Assembly: GCF_018977255.1 (NCBI RefSeq)
Contig: NW_024704749.1
Location: 7,378,001-7,442,000, forward strand
From: Callorhinchus milii
Taxonomy: Eukaryota
Direction: 5' to 3'
Length of the DNA stretch: 64,000 bases
The position numbers were made by a program, and so were the translations under genes. This document shows, piece by piece, positions 45,171 to 57,305 of the stretch (within the stretch, counting starts at the first letter, position 1; each line of letters opens with the position of its first letter). Under the pieces are notes generated by a model, which worked only from the letters and a program-made list of their open reading frames with translations, had not been told where the DNA came from and searched no databases.

Positions 45171-48100
45171 CACCCCCTCCCCTCCACCCCCCCTCCACCC
45201 CCCCCCCCCCCCACCCCCCCACCCCTCCCCTCCACCCCCCCTCCACCCCCCCATCCCCTCCAATCCACCCCCCCATCCCCTCCCCTCCACTTCCCCTCCC
45301 CTCCATCCCCCCCATCCCCTCCCCTCCACCCCCTCCATCCACCCCCCCATCCCCTCCCTCCCCTCCACCCCCCCCACCCCCTCCCTCCACCCTCCACCCC
45401 CTCCATCCACCCCCCATCCCCTCCCCTCCACCCCCCCACCCCCTCCCCTCCACCCCCTCGCCCCCTCCCCTCCACCCCCCCCACCCCCTCCCCCCACCCT
45501 GACTTACTTCACCCCCCCCCCGACCCAATTGTTTTTATTTATTTATTTACCTGTTTACTTATTTATATATATATAATTTATATATATATTTTTATATATA
45601 TATATATAATCTTCCTCTTGCAAATGCATTCCTTCCCCTTCCCCACCCGCCGCCCCCCCCCCCCCGATTTACTTCGTCCCTGACCCCCATTTTTGTTTAT
45701 TTTATTTTTTTATATATATATAAATCTTCCTCTTGTAAATGCGTTCCCTCCCCCTCCCCCACCCTGACTTACTTCATCCCTGACCCAATTTTTTTTATTT
45801 ATATATATTTTTATATATGTAAATCTTCTTGTAAATGCATTCCTTCCCCTCCCCTCCCCCCCCCCCACACACCATGCTGCACTCACTCAACACGTTACTC
45901 TCCACATTGTCAACTCCGATGGCGACACCTCATGTGTCCCCTCCAGATGTGATAGAGTGCTGTCCCAAACGCAAGGGTTATTATTATTGTTATTATCGTT
46001 ATTAATATTATTATTATTTAAAACCCGCTTCTCTTTCGCAGCAGTGAGTGTTGCCCCGCAGGATAGTGGGACTCTGTTCTCTCCTCGTGTATGTTTTTTG
46101 ACCAGCTGTGCCCAGTGCCGTGCTCCGCCACTGTCAAGCGCTCTGGGACGCCACCCTGCGTGAGGGACGCTGTATAAATGCAAGTTGTTGTTGTTGTTTA
46201 AACCGCCTGTCTTTTCCCTTGTTCCAGAGTACCTACTGTTCCACTATCCAGCAACACTGTGAAGTGATCCAGCGCTCTGTACAGGTGGTGAATCTTGACC
46301 CCGCGGCAGAATACTTTAAATATCCCGTCTTGGCAGGTGGGTGTCTGTTGACCAAAAACCTGGAGGGAGGGAGATGCTTCCTCCTGCTTTACCCAATTCC
46401 AGAAAACCCATTATCTGGTAACTTTCCGGGATTAGGGAAGTAGGAATCGTCCTTTCAGGGAGAGAGAGAGAGAGAGAGAGAGTGCACATTCCATACCAAC
46501 AATCTATCTCTGGAATTTCCATGTGTAGTAGGGGTTGGGCTGCATGGAATTCTCAGTTTGGTTTGGAAACTCTGAAGCAAGAGTATGTCAGACACCCGGC
46601 TGGTCAAAAAAGATTGACCAAAGTGGAGAAGGGTGGGGGGGAGAGGAGAGAGGGGAGGGAGGGGAAGGTGGGGAGAGTGAGGATAGTAGGACTCTCTTTC
46701 CATCTGGAATCTTGTGGTCACGTTTGTTCCCTCTATCGTCACGTCAAAGCACAGATATCCGGGAGTTAATCCAAGTGGAGGACGTGATGGAGGACAAGTC
46801 ACTGGGGTTTGGCCCGAACGGAGGGCTCGTGTTCTGTATGGAATACTTCGCCAACAACCTGGACTGGCTGGGTGAGAGCCTGGGGCACGTGGAGGATGAC
46901 TATGTGCTGTTCGACTGCCCAGGTTGGTAGGCGGCGAGAGGGGGAGGGAGAGAGAGTCAGCGAAAGGCAGCACCTGCTCATAGCCTGTAAAAAGCAATTG
47001 GGTCAAGGGATTGAGGAAGAAAAATATAAAAGGTGTGTGTGTGTATCCGTGCTTGTGTCTATGTGAGTGTGCGATCGTGTGACTGCATGTAAGTGTGTGG
47101 TGCATGTGGAGGGGGAGGAAGGGAATTGAAGTGGAATAAACAAAGGGCCAAATGGTTTCCTCCCGAGCTGTAAAAATTCCGTGAAATGGGAATTGAGCAA
47201 CGATCGTCCGGCCGTGTGAGAACGGCACCTGGGAACGCTGCCCCAGCATGGGATCCAGGTGGGGGTTGGGGGTGGGGTTTGGGAGGAGAGAACCGAGGTG
47301 AACGGAAACACGGGGCTGATCGGGATGTCTCCCTGTAGGTCAGATCGAGCTGTACACTCACCTGCCGGTGATGAGACAGCTAGTGGAGCAGTTGCAGCAG
47401 TGGGAATTTCACGTTTGTGGAGTGTTTCTTGTGGACTCGCAGTTCATGGTCGAATCCTTTAAGGTAACCAGCCTCGCTGCCCCTCTTTTGACCTGATTTT
47501 AGTCTACAGACATGGAGACCTGTAGCGTAGTGGTTAGTTCACTCGCCCCACAAGCGAGAGAGCCTGGGTTTGTTTCCCGGGCAGAGTGAAACTTTGAGCA
47601 AGTTTCCTTACTCCATATGTCTCTATTTACTTAGCAGTTAGTAGGAACCCAGTTGTTTAGTCGATTGTCGGAGCTCTTTCCAGGGATAATAATCCCTCAA
47701 AATAAATAAATTTGATAACTCAATCCGCAACTGTTTGTGGAACATTGTTGAATGCAAATGGCTGCCACATTTTGCCCACAAGATACACAATCGATCCACT
47801 TTACGGTATATCCTGTGAAGCGCTTTGAGACTTCTCAACAACGTGATAAGGCGCTACCTCAAATGCAAGGATTATTATTTTTAAAATCCTCTGCTTTTTC
47901 TCAGTTTATCTCCGGGGCGATGGCGGCTCTAAGTGCCATGGTTTCCCTGGAAATCCCGCAGGTCAATGTGATGACGAAGATGGACTTACTGAGCAAGAAA
48001 GCCAAGCGAGAAATCGAGAAGTAAGTTAAAAGCATTCAACGTGAGCGTCACTCATATTCAGCCTGACCCTGCTTCGCCCCCCCACTCCCCCTCCCATTCA

Positions 48101-49512
48101 CACTGCTTTCTTTACTTTCTCTCGCTCCAGGTACCTCGATCCCGATATGTACTCACTGATGCACGACTCAAAAGACTCGTGGAGGAGCAAGAAGTTCAGG
48201 AAGCTAACCAAGGCAATCTGTGGCCTGGTAGGTGGTTTAAAGATGTGATCAGAGGATGCATTAAACTCAATTGGCTGTCGTGTTTTGCCCACAAAATATA
48301 CAATCAATTCACTTTACAGTATATTCTGTGAAGCACCGTGGGACGTCTTGAAGACACGATAAGGTGCTATATCAAATGGAAGGATTATCTATATATTTAT
48401 TATTTTTGCTCGCCAAAAATCACCAGATTCGGAAATGTTGTAAGATTGGTATACTGAGAATTTAGAACGTCCCCCGTCCCCCTCCCCACCACCACTGCCC
48501 GCTCAGTTCAATGATAAAGAAGGGAAGAGTTTCTTCCACAATCCACCCACCACCACGCAGCTAAAAGTGGATACTCGCTCCATTTCCATGTTCAAATTTG
48601 TCTGCTGCAGTGTTTGCCTACAAATATTTAGTTACTACACTCAATTGGCTTATTTCAATGGACAGCAGTTTCCCCCCCCCCCCCATCCCCCAGTAAAGCG
48701 CTTTAAGACGGTTCCATGTTGTATGTAATGTAGGCGCTGGATCAAAATGCACAGACTCTGCAGAGCGTGTTTTCACGGTGTCTTGTGTGTCCGCCTGCTT
48801 AGATTGACGACTACAGCATGGTGCGTTTCCTGCCCTTCGATCAATCGGATGAGGAGTCCGTCAACATTGTCCTGCAGCACATCGACTTCTCCATCCAGTA
48901 CGGAGAGGACTTCGAGGTCAGGGAACCGAGGGTGAGTGAACTCTGACTGTCAGACACCGAGAGGGACCTTGCTCCCATCCCTCTGTGATAATAATCGTGG
49001 AGTCTCGTAGCTTAGTGGTTAGCGCACTCGCCTCGCAAGCGATTCCCAGGCAGGACGAAACCTTAGGCAATTTTCTTTACTCCACATACCTCTGTTTACC
49101 CAGGAGTAAGTAGCAACTCGGTTGTTAGTCCTTTGGCGGATCGGTTTCCGGGGGTAATAATCCGTTCACTGCTGGGTGCAATTGGCTTCCGCGTTTCGCC
49201 CACAAAATACACAGTCACTCCACCGTACAGTATGTTCTGTGAAGTGCTTGGAGACATCTGAACCAGGTGATAGATAAGACTCTATGTCAAATACAAGGAT
49301 TGTTATTAATCCACCTACAAACACGCAGTCACTGCACTTTACAGAAGCTTCGTGAAGACTTTGAGACTTTCTTGACTTTATAGGATGGATATCAAAGGCA
49401 AACATTGGTATTTGTTATTACTTCATTGTTTCTTAAATAGGAAAAGGAAGAGGACCTTGAAACCTCCACTCAGAGAGATGAATTTTTCGAAGCTGCTGCC
49501 ACAGTTGAATGA
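45117..49512 (+). CDS. GPN3: GPN-loop GTPase 3, 287 aa. Exons: 45117-45164, 46228-46336, 46755-46922, 47339-47463, 47905-48020, 48131-48227, 48803-48931, 49441-49512
   Basis: [20 protein letters not shown] (P-loop), [15 protein letters not shown] (GPN loop), [26 protein letters not shown]. 864 nt, canonical junctions. Confidence 0.98.
45173..45521 (+). repeat. C-rich low-complexity tract in GPN3 intron 1 (CCCCTCCACCCCC-like units)
   Basis: About 350 nt of C-runs directly after the exon 1 donor. Confidence 0.9.
45497..45870 (+). repeat. Three-copy degenerate tandem repeat (about 100-170 nt unit)
   Basis: GAYTTACTTC..GACCC.ATT..(TA)n..AATCTTC..TGYAAATGCRTTCC recurs near 45500, 45667 and 45766. 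Confidence 0.75.
47515..47880 (+). mobile_element. Full-length long-subfamily SINE. Similar + copies at about 40195-40545, 43185-43540, 48998-49310 and 37860-38155; - copy at about 28060-28410
   Basis: tRNA head TAGCGTAGTGGTTAG, central GCAAGTTTCCTTACTCCA..CTCTATTTACTTAGCAGT..AGGAACCC, Deu-like block and (ATT)n tail. Confidence 0.85.
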
Positions 49513-49971
49513 AGCTTGAACAGAGGCCAGTGTTCAGACAGTGGCACTTTTTGGTGCATTGAAAGAACCTTCCACTAGGATCCAAAAGGATCAGACCTCC
49601 CCACGTCTCAAGTGAGAAGGTGATTGAGAACTCGCAGATCCCATGAGCTCCCAATTCCCATTCCTGCTGAACTCAAAAGGTAATTTATCACAGAGAAGGT
49701 ACCTCGCACGCTAGATATATATCTATTTTGTTCCACGTCATTACACATGATGTGTAGATAGGTAAACAGAGGCGTATTCTATTTATCATTGGAAAAACAC
49801 AAACCTTTGTTGACATACAGAATTAAAACCTTTGTGTTAATTATGAAAGAAATTTAAAGCAAACTTTTGCTGTCGGTAAGTGACCGACCTTGTAAAAGAT
49901 TTTATTATTCATTGGCTGTGCAGTGAGTGAGTGATTCACGCACCCTCCTTTGTTTCCCAAAAGAAAGTTTG

Positions 49972-50118
49972 AATAAAAAGTTTACTACTATAACTCTTTA
50001 TTTCCAAAAGTCCACAAAATAAGAACATGCCTGAAACTATCATTTCTTACCCTGGATTTTATTTAAAATTCTTGAAATGACTGTACAGTATTATTTTAGA
50101 TATTGTTTGCCTAATAAA
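49972..50118 (+). terminator. Tandem poly(A) signals of GPN3 (49972-49977 and 50113-50118)
   Basis: Two AATAAA hexamers downstream of the stop at 49512. Confidence 0.55.
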
Positions 50119-51079
50119 ACGTGACTATAGTCCTGGAGTAGTGGTGTATTATTTCCGAAGCATCATTTAACCTCGAGGAAACCTGTTGAAACGCAGTTTT
50201 TCCTCAATGACTTTGCAAAACTACATTCTAAGCTACATCACGTAAACTGCATTCATTCACAAAATACACACAGTTCCAGCACTTTACAATAATATCCTGT
50301 GAAACGATACCGGGGAACAATTTAAGAAACCTGACCCCGATCCAGCTCGGTGACGCTATAATTAAACGCACAGCTCTAATTTCCAAAGCAGCTTTGTTAC
50401 TGATACATGATTGGAACAGTGAGACAGAATTGACTGCAATGTGAGCCGGCAAGCAGCAGCAGGGGAGAGGAAAAACAGCGTAATTTCCCGGGAGCTGCTG
50501 TGAGATGTTTTGAGGTTAATAGTTGCTGTATGAGACACAAAAGATTATTTATTGCTGCCCTACGAAGATGTTTTTTCTCAATTTGCGTGACACCCCTTAT
50601 CGCCCTCTCACCAGTTTCTCCCTGACCAACAAATCCCTCTCTCCCCTCCCCCCCCGCCCCTCCGCCCACGACTGATAAAATCGGTCAGTCACTCCCATGG
50701 CTGTTTGTGGGACACTGCTGTGTGCTGTGCTGCTGCATTTACCCACAAAATACACAGTCAAAACCGCTTTACACTGTATGCTGCAAAACTCTTTGAGACA
50801 TCTCAACGAGGTGATAAGGCACCAAATCAAAATGCAAGGATTATTATATACTATATATATATGTATACATATTAACCCCCCCCAACAAGCTTCTCCAGTA
50901 ACTGCCAGCATAAGGAACTGGGGTGAGTTCAATTATATATACACAAGTTGACCAAAAAGTTGTGATATCATTACAATGTCTAATAAGTCTTAAATGATAT
51001 TTTTGTTTTTGTTTAAATAATAAGGGTAGTTATCACAACGTTGTGGTCACCCTCTCTCTCTCTCTATATATATATGCAT

Positions 51080-51292
51080 TACTTGGAATGCATGCCCTGA
51101 AAGGGTGGTGGAAGCCGATCTTAGATAACCACTTTTAAGACAGAAGTAGATAATTATTTGGGGAGGACAAGTTTGCAGGGCTATGGGGAGAGAGCAGGGG
51201 GAGTGGGATTGACTTGGACAGCTCTTTTCAAAGAGCTGGCACGGACACGATGGGCCGAATGGCCTCCTTCTGTGCTGTATAATTCTATGATT
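51080..51292 (+). mobile_element. CR1/HER1-type LINE 3' end. Related fragments at about 1-160 (+), 31370-31412 (+), 36268-36520 (-), 42320-42510 (-) and 60570-60672 (+)
   Basis: Shared GGGCTATGGGGAGAGAGCAGGG..GGGCCGAATGGCCTCCTTCTGTGCTGTA..TTCTATGA tail. Confidence 0.8.
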
Positions 51293-51659
51293 CCAGGATA
51301 TTTATAATGATAATAACCCTTGCATTTGATATAGCGCTTTTCACGTCTTCTCGACGTCTCAAAGCTCTTCACAGAATATACTATAAAGTGAATTGACTGT
51401 ATATTTGTGGGCGAAACGCACACTTATATATACACACATATGAATATACATATATATACAGTCAATTCACTTTACAGCATATTCTGTGAAGCCTTTGAGA
51501 AGTTGAGAAGACGTGGAAAGCGCTATATCAAATGCAAGGATTATTATACTATAGACATACATATATATGTATATATATATGTATGTATGTATGTATATAT
51601 ATTTAAACACATGTATGTGTGTGTGTCTCAGGATTTGATTTATAAAATGATGATCACTG

Positions 51660-51900
51660 TGGGAGAGGGTGGGGGGAGAAGGTGGGGAGAGGGTGTTGGG
51701 GGGGAGAGGGTGTTGGGGGGTGGGGGGAGAGGGTGTTGGGGGGGATAGGGTGTTGGGGGTGTGGGGGAGAGGGGGTGAGGGGAAAGGGTGTGGGGGGAGA
51801 GGGTGTTGGGGGGGTGGGGAGAGGGTGTTGGGGGGGAGAGGGTGTGGGGGGGAGAGGGTGTGGGGGGGGTGGGGGGGGGGGTGAGGGTGTTGGGGGGAGT
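51660..51900 (+). repeat. G-rich minisatellite (GGGGGAGAGGGTGTTGG units) upstream of ARPC3
   Basis: Roughly ten imperfect units. Confidence 0.85.
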
Positions 51901-51939
51901 GACACATTGTCTCTCTCTCTCTGTGATACCATTGTAACC

Positions 51940-52048
51940 ACTCGTCAGCTGTGAGAGTCACGTGGTTCCCGCTGGCGCAGGCGCAGACCGTCGCTGGGTG
52001 GGGACAGGCGGAAGTGTGGCGTCTCAGCGGAGCTCAGAGCAGCAGCGA

Positions 52049-52080
<32 letters not shown>

Positions 52081-52560
52081 CTCTCTCTCTCTCTCCCCCT
52101 CCCATCATGCCGGTAAGTGCCTGTCTCCCCGGGGACCGGGGATCCGCTCGGCATCAGCCCTGACGTTACATTTACTTTAATAAACAGTGAGTTTGAAGCC
52201 GGTGACAGTGACCCAGTGGGAGAGACAGGGAGGAAGGAACCAGGAAGTCGGGCTGTTTGAGGCCTTCCCCCCAAAAAAAAACCCTCCCCCTCCATCCAAT
52301 TCACTCAGCTACTTTCATGGGGTGGGGTGGGGGGGGTTTGCCCCCTCCTTCACGGTTACCTCAGCTGATTTACGTTCCCTCACTCCGCACCCCTCTGTTT
52401 CACCGAGCGGTGAAGTGGGAACGTGGTTGCGGAGCGGTTTGTCCGGTCGCTTTCCCGGGATAAATAATCCCGGTATGTCCCGGGAAGCGCTTTGAGGTGT
52501 CCCGATGACGCGGTACACGGCGTGAACGTCAAATGCGAGAGTTACCGTTAAAAGATCCTA
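51940..52560 (+). promoter_or_regulatory. ARPC3 CpG-rich promoter
   Basis: GTCACGTGG E-box near 51957, NRF1-like GCGCAGGCGCA near 51975 and ETS GCGGAAGTG near 52008, upstream of exon 1. Confidence 0.72.
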
Positions 52561-55500
52561 AAGCGTTGGCTGACCCTTGCGCAACGCCTTGGGACGTCCT
52601 CCCGACGTGAAAGGCGCTCTATAAACGAAATGTTGTTGTTGTTGTTGTTGTTGCTTGCTGCCTTCTCCCCAGACAGAGAGACTTTCCACGATATAATCTG
52701 CTTAAAAATCGACTGTAAGAAAGTCGTCCTCTTAATAAAACAATTGTTAGTTGTAATTTTTGTATCGGTTGCAGCCGAGTGAACGATGGCAAAGCGAGAG
52801 TAACGTCACTGACTGTGTGCCTCTTTCCCTTTTCCGAAGGCTTACCATTCCACCTTAAATGACTCTTCAGCGAAACTAGTTGGAAACATCGCTCTGTTGC
52901 CACTTAGGACACAGTTTAAAGGACCGGCTCCCAAAGAGAGTAAGTTTTGTTTTTCCACGCATCAAAAACAACAACTTCCATTTACACAGCGTCCCTCATG
53001 CAGCGTAGAGAGCAGCACTCGACAGTGGAGCCTGACGCGGAGCCAGGAGGTGGGACAGGTGACCGTGAGCATGGTCGAAGAGGAAGATCTTCAGGCGCGA
53101 CCTGAAGCTAGGAGAGGAGGGGAAGGAAAAAACTGCATTCAGATGCATTCTTTAACTAGCTCCATCTCACAAGGAGATCGTTCTAGATTCTTTTGTGTGT
53201 GTGCATTGTGTTTTGAAAGCGGGTAGTTGAAAATTGCAGGGAGTCGAGTATTATTATATGGAGAAAGTTGTTTTTTTCAAGTTTGGTAAAGGGAGTTCTA
53301 ATCTTTTCCAGCCAAAGACAATGACATCATTGATGAAGCAATCTACTTTTTTAAAGCAAATGTATTCTTCAAAAACTATGAAATAAAGGTATGTTTTTTT
53401 TTCTGTGGGGGGCGGGGGGAGACTAGTTTTTGTGTTCCATTTGGGAAAGAATTGGGATTTCTTTTACTTGCTGTGAATGTGCAGGATCTCCGCATGTGTT
53501 TGCAGAAACTCTTCCGTGGAGGAAGTATAGTGGCCATCGCTCTGTGCTTTGAAGGAGGATGTGGGTTTTCTGCTTTGCAGGTTTCCCAGTGATCACAGAG
53601 CTGCTGCTGTGAGGAAAGCGCTAAACAGAAGCCAAACTCTCCTCCTATGGGGGGAATAATAATAATTGCATTTGATATAGCGCCTTATCACAAGTCTCAA
53701 AGCGCTTCACAGAATATACTGTAAAGTGAAATGACTGTGTGTTTTGGAGTGAAACGTGGCAGCCAATTGTGCACAGCAGTGTCCCACAAACAGCTGTGGA
53801 TTGAGTGACCAATTTTTTGGGGGGGCAGGAGAGATTATTACCCACGGAAAGCGATTTGCCAATCAACTAACAACCGAGTTCTTATTTACTAGTCCTGTAG
53901 CTAGTGGTTAGAGCTCTCGCCTTGCAAGCGAGAGACCTGGGTTCGATTTCCGGCAGGGCGAAACCTTGGTCAAGTTTCCTTACTCCACATGCCTGATAAT
54001 AATCCCTCAAGAAAAAAACAATAATGATTTGGTCACTCAATCCACCACTCCACTGTTGTGCCCACAAATATACAGTCAATTCACTTTACAGTATATTCTG
54101 TGAAGTGCTTTGAGATGTCTAGAAGACATGAAAAGCGCTATATCAAATGCAAGGATTATTATTATTACTACTAGGTAGAACGAGGCACGTGGAATAAGGA
54201 AACTTTTACCTAAGGTTTTGCTGCGCCCGGGAATCAAACCCGGGCCCTCTTGCTTGCGAGGCGAGTGGACTAACCACCATCCTAAGAGACTCCACAATTA
54301 TCCTTTTACACTGCCGTATGCCCTTAGAGATCAGGCTAACACATTGCTATAATTGCAGAATGAAGCTGACCGAACCATGATCTACATCACCCTTTACATT
54401 ACTGAATGCCTCAAAAAACTTCAGAAGGTAAGGAGAAAAATTCTCAAAGATTTAATCTCTTTTCCACGCCCCCCACCCCACCCCATTACACACCCCACAT
54501 TTCCGGCTACAACCTGTTCATAGTATTTCAGAGATAAACCCTGGACTCCCAGTTATTCCTCCCACATTACATAAGATCAGATAAATATACACACAACACA
54601 TTATACATTTGTATAGTGCCTTTCATGTTGGGACGTCCCAAAGCGCTGGACAGTCAAGGATGTGCAACTGAGCTGGGGGTTGGGATCAGGAGTGGAGGAG
54701 AGCCCTTGTGAAATCTTTCAGAGAATTTCACTTTCTGTTTTTGTGTGTGTGTGTTGTTTTTTTTAAGTGCAACTCAAAAGGTCAAGGGGAGAAAGAAATG
54801 TACACCTTGGGGATAACTAGCTTTCCCATCCCGGGGGAGCCTGGATTCCCTCTCAACGCCATGTACGCCAAACCCGCAAACAGACAGGAAGACGGTACGT
54901 GGAAGTAGTGCTCAATGAATGACTCGCATCCGATTGTCAATAAGAGGACGTGAAAGTGCGTGTGATGTTTATTCAGAGGCTGCTGCTTTGTGAACATAAT
55001 AATGCTAGGATTATTATTTATCCTTGCATTTGATATAGCGCCTTATCACTTTGTGGCGACGCCTCAAAGCGCTTCACGGAATATACTGTAAAGTGGATTG
55101 ACTGTGCATTTTGTGGGCAAAATGCTGGAGCCAATTTCGCACAGCAGTGTCCCACAAACAGTCATGAATTGAGCGACCAAATTATTGTTATTAATTTTTT
55201 TTATTTCAGTCTGTCGCCTGTAACCTTGTCAGGTGCAAATCAAATACTTTTGCTTTTTAATTTTTTTTATAAATGGTGGCTACGTTTTTTTAAATTGGTT
55301 TGGATACTCTTAAGCATAATGATAAGTCTCCACGTGCATATGTCAGACACGTATGGTTGAACTAACTAACTAATTAAATGAATAAATAATTTTGACTTCA
55401 AGTCTTGTCTAGCAATCGTACGTGCCTAGACTCCTGGTGCTCATTTCAATCAATATTGTTCTTTTTCTGATTAGATTTGATGAGGAGCTACTTACAGCAG

Positions 55501-56339
55501 CTCAGACAGGAGACTGGCCTGAGACTGTGCGAGAAGGTGTTTGACCCCCAGACTGATAAACCTAGCAAGGTAAGCAGCAGCAACAATATCCAGAGAATTT
55601 ACAATTATACAACGCCTTTCACTGTTCGGGAGGGTGTCTCAAAGGCTGACTTCATTCACGTGGCTAACTGGGAGCCCAAACTGGTGGAGAGAATGTGACA
55701 CAGCACAGTTGAAAAGATCAGTTTGAAGGTGGGGAGGGAAGGGGGAGAGACGGTGGGGGGAGGAGGGAGAGCGAGGGTGAGTCAGGGAGGAACTCCGGGA
55801 TGGATGACGTATGTGTGGCTCATATTATCAGTGTCTCACAAGAACTTGTGGCCGGCTGTCTGTAACTCTCCTGGCTCTCTATTAACTCACAAATTGCGTT
55901 TTATTAAATACATGTTATTACTCTTTATTAACCCACAAAAGTGCGTTTTCGCCCAAAAAATACAGTCACTGTATAGTACAGTAAAACTCGCTGCACAGAT
56001 AAGTCTGAACTGTATAAATCGTATAATCGCCTAAGTCGTACATCTACCAAAGTCCTGTTCAAAAGTTTATATTTTATTCAACTTTGACATAACTCATACT
56101 TTTCATAAGCCATATGTATGGTCCCAACTGATACGACTTATGTGAGTTTTACAGCATATTCTGTGAAGCGCTTTGAGACATCTCGACAAAGTGATAAGGC
56201 ACTATATCAAATGGAAGAATTATTATTATTATAACCCATTGTTTTTGCTTGTTCCTCCCCCCCCCCCCCCCCGCAGTGGTGGATGTGCTTTGCGAAGAAA
56301 CAGTTCATGAACAAGAGCCTGTCAGCACCCGGGCAATAA
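52107..56339 (+). CDS. ARPC3: Arp2/3 complex subunit 3 (p21-Arc), 178 aa. Exons: 52107-52112, 52840-52939, 53312-53388, 54359-54427, 54768-54894, 55475-55569, 56277-56339
   Basis: [21 protein letters not shown]/..[45 protein letters not shown]/..[13 protein letters not shown]../..[38 protein letters not shown]. 537 nt. Confidence 0.98.
53654..54295 (-). mobile_element. Long-subfamily SINE (-) interrupted by a nested short-subfamily SINE (+, 53891-54168)
   Basis: The outer copy's tail/body (53654-53890) resumes at 54169-54295. The inner copy is flanked by a TTACTA duplication. Confidence 0.88.
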
Positions 56340-56494
56340 ACCTCTCAGTGGGGAATATCTCGACGTGATCAGTTGCAGGGAGGAATTGTACCCAAATGAA
56401 TTCACCTGCAGCGAGATGTACAAAGTGTTTTTTTTTTGTCTCGCCTTGGCCTTGTTCTGAATGATTTTATACAGGGGTGGGGTGGGGGTTGTTG

Positions 56495-57015
56495 AATAAA
56501 AGTACATGGCTCACATGGATGAGGTGGCTTTATTTCAAAACGATCGGTGTTCAATATGCTTAGTCCAGATGTTTTTCATCTGGGCCTTGTACATTTGTTT
56601 TGCAACATCAGATGATTGAAACAGGACACAAAGCAAGCAAACCTGCTGGTCAGAATATTTCAAAGCTGATTCAGTTGTGTCTCCCCACATTACATACAAG
56701 TCATAAATGGCCCCCTGCCCCCCCCCCCCCCCCCGAACAAACACAGTTTGCTGCTTCGTACAAGTGTGATAGTATTAAAAATCAAAGTGTGCTGGTATTT
56801 TTTTCTCAAGGATAAGGTCTGAATAATACTGCGTGCAATTTAATCTGATCCCTCTTCCTGCTGTCTTAACACCTTGTAGCCAACCACAATATTATGTTGA
56901 GGTTTAATTCCAGTAAAGAGGAGGGGGGGGCTTTGAGCAGGACTTTGTCGGTTCATTTCTCTTGTGTGAACTTTGCTCAAAATTAACCTTGTGTCTCTTT
57001 ATTAATAATAATAAA
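56495..57015 (+). terminator. Candidate poly(A) signals of ARPC3 (56495-56500 and 57010-57015)
   Basis: AATAAA hexamers downstream of the stop at 56339. Confidence 0.55.
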
Positions 57016-57305
57016 AAACTAAACTGGCAACCAAACGGATCTGACTGGAATCATTCTGCACGCAGCGGCTGTTTGGCGGTGCTCACACTAAAGAAACGCA
57101 TTTAATCTTTGAAAGCTTCGAATTAATATTTCAAAAGAAATAACGAAATTTAAGGCTTGCTAAGTAATAGCTTTGTACTAAAGTAATACGACATTCTGTA
57201 AAGTGGCTCTAAGCTATTACTGATATGTTGCCAAAGGCTTATTTGATCTCATTAACTAGATAATCTGGAAGAGGCAATGTGAGAATTCAGCTATTGATTA
57301 GTATT

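Noticed and set aside
44308-45683. Pro-rich and Gly/Trp-rich ORFs of 100-190 aa (also 51407-51961)
   Set aside because: They are translations of G/C low-complexity tracts that lack stop codons.
53891-53960. tRNA-Ala(TGC)-like sequences (also about 57310, 28850, 47520, 49005)
   Set aside because: They are SINE heads: there is no complete acceptor stem or poly-T terminator, and each continues into the SINE body.
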